46,595 nucleotides of DNA from Fimbriimonadales bacterium (lineage in GTDB: Bacteria > Armatimonadota > Fimbriimonadia > Fimbriimonadales > JABRVX01), in contig BTVI01000025.1 in assembly GCA_045862955.1 (NCBI GenBank), forward strand, positions 1-46,595. Direction: 5' to 3'. Position 1 is the stretch's first letter; the number at the start of each line of letters is the position of its first letter. This document shows, one piece after another, positions 46,211 to 46,595 of this stretch. A model generated the notes under the pieces. That model was given only the letters and a program-made list of their open reading frames with translations, did not search any database and was not told the origin of the DNA. A program made the position numbers and the translations under genes.

Positions 46211-46595
46211 TCACCAGCGATGCGTGCGGACTCCGGCCTTCGACATAGCAGCCAAAGCGAGCTTGCGCCGCCGTAGCCAGGTACACACCCAGAGCGTTAT
46301 GCCACCCAAGAACCCGATGTCGTACGCCATCTGATGGGCCCACCAATCCGCCACGAACGGTGCGTGCTTGCTTGCCGGTAGCTGCATCGCCACCCACTCG
46401 GGAGGCCAGGCCCAACCGTTCTTCGCGGCGATGTACCCAGCCAGCCCGGCCACCAATGCCCCAGCTGCCACGGCAACCATCAGCCAAGCGACTGGTCTGA
46501 CGAGGTCCCTTGCATGGAGTGCGGGGCGCGAGCCGAGGCGCGACACCATGGCCAGCGGAACGCCCAGCAACACACCCACCCCCCACGTAGCTATC
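46211..46595 (-). CDS. Hypothetical membrane protein, 5' end outside the window
   Basis: Hydrophobic open frame running to the window edge. Confidence 0.6.
   Translation of the reverse strand, partial: IATWGVGVLLGVPLAMVSRLGSRPALHARDLVRPVAWLMVAVAAGALVAGLAGYIAAKNGWAWPPEWVAMQLPASKHAPFVADWWAHQMAYDIGFLGGITLWVCTWLRRRKLALAAMSKAGVRTHRW

Overview
GC-rich bacterial chromosomal window of mostly housekeeping genes. The gene set and the dockerin-like C-terminal domain suggest Armatimonadota (Fimbriimonadia-like); this is inference. Gene order: M29 aminopeptidase, pilC, a SigB/F-family sigma factor fused to a degenerate GGDEF domain, GNAT, phosphohexomutase, rpoN, gatCA, two glycosylation genes, two SIS genes plus a BadF-type kinase, addAB-like genes, CCA-adding enzyme, MDR oxidoreductase, tRNA-Trp, rsmA, G5/3D protein, MFS-HEAT fusion, Eis-like GNAT, cdaR-cdaA, jag-yidC-yidD-rnpA-rpmH, tRNA-Leu, secG, folE-PTPS divergent from phhA, SdpI-like protein, secreted EEP nuclease, and a GH2. 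I found no CRISPR array, integrase or transposase. Most interesting signals: (1) the sigma factor's GGDEF domain looks catalytically dead but keeps the RxxD I-site, making it a candidate c-di-GMP-sensing sigma factor; (2) several unannotated small-RNA candidates, including one with a sigma-54 promoter, an anti-Shine-Dalgarno loop and a terminator; (3) a mosaic of four REP-like palindrome families, with two insertion sites flanked by unusually long (44-49 bp) duplications of host sequence; (4) an AddA lacking its nuclease domain; (5) a eukaryote-type (PTPS-II) pterin cluster next to phhA. All functional calls come from reading motifs by eye; no database searches were run.
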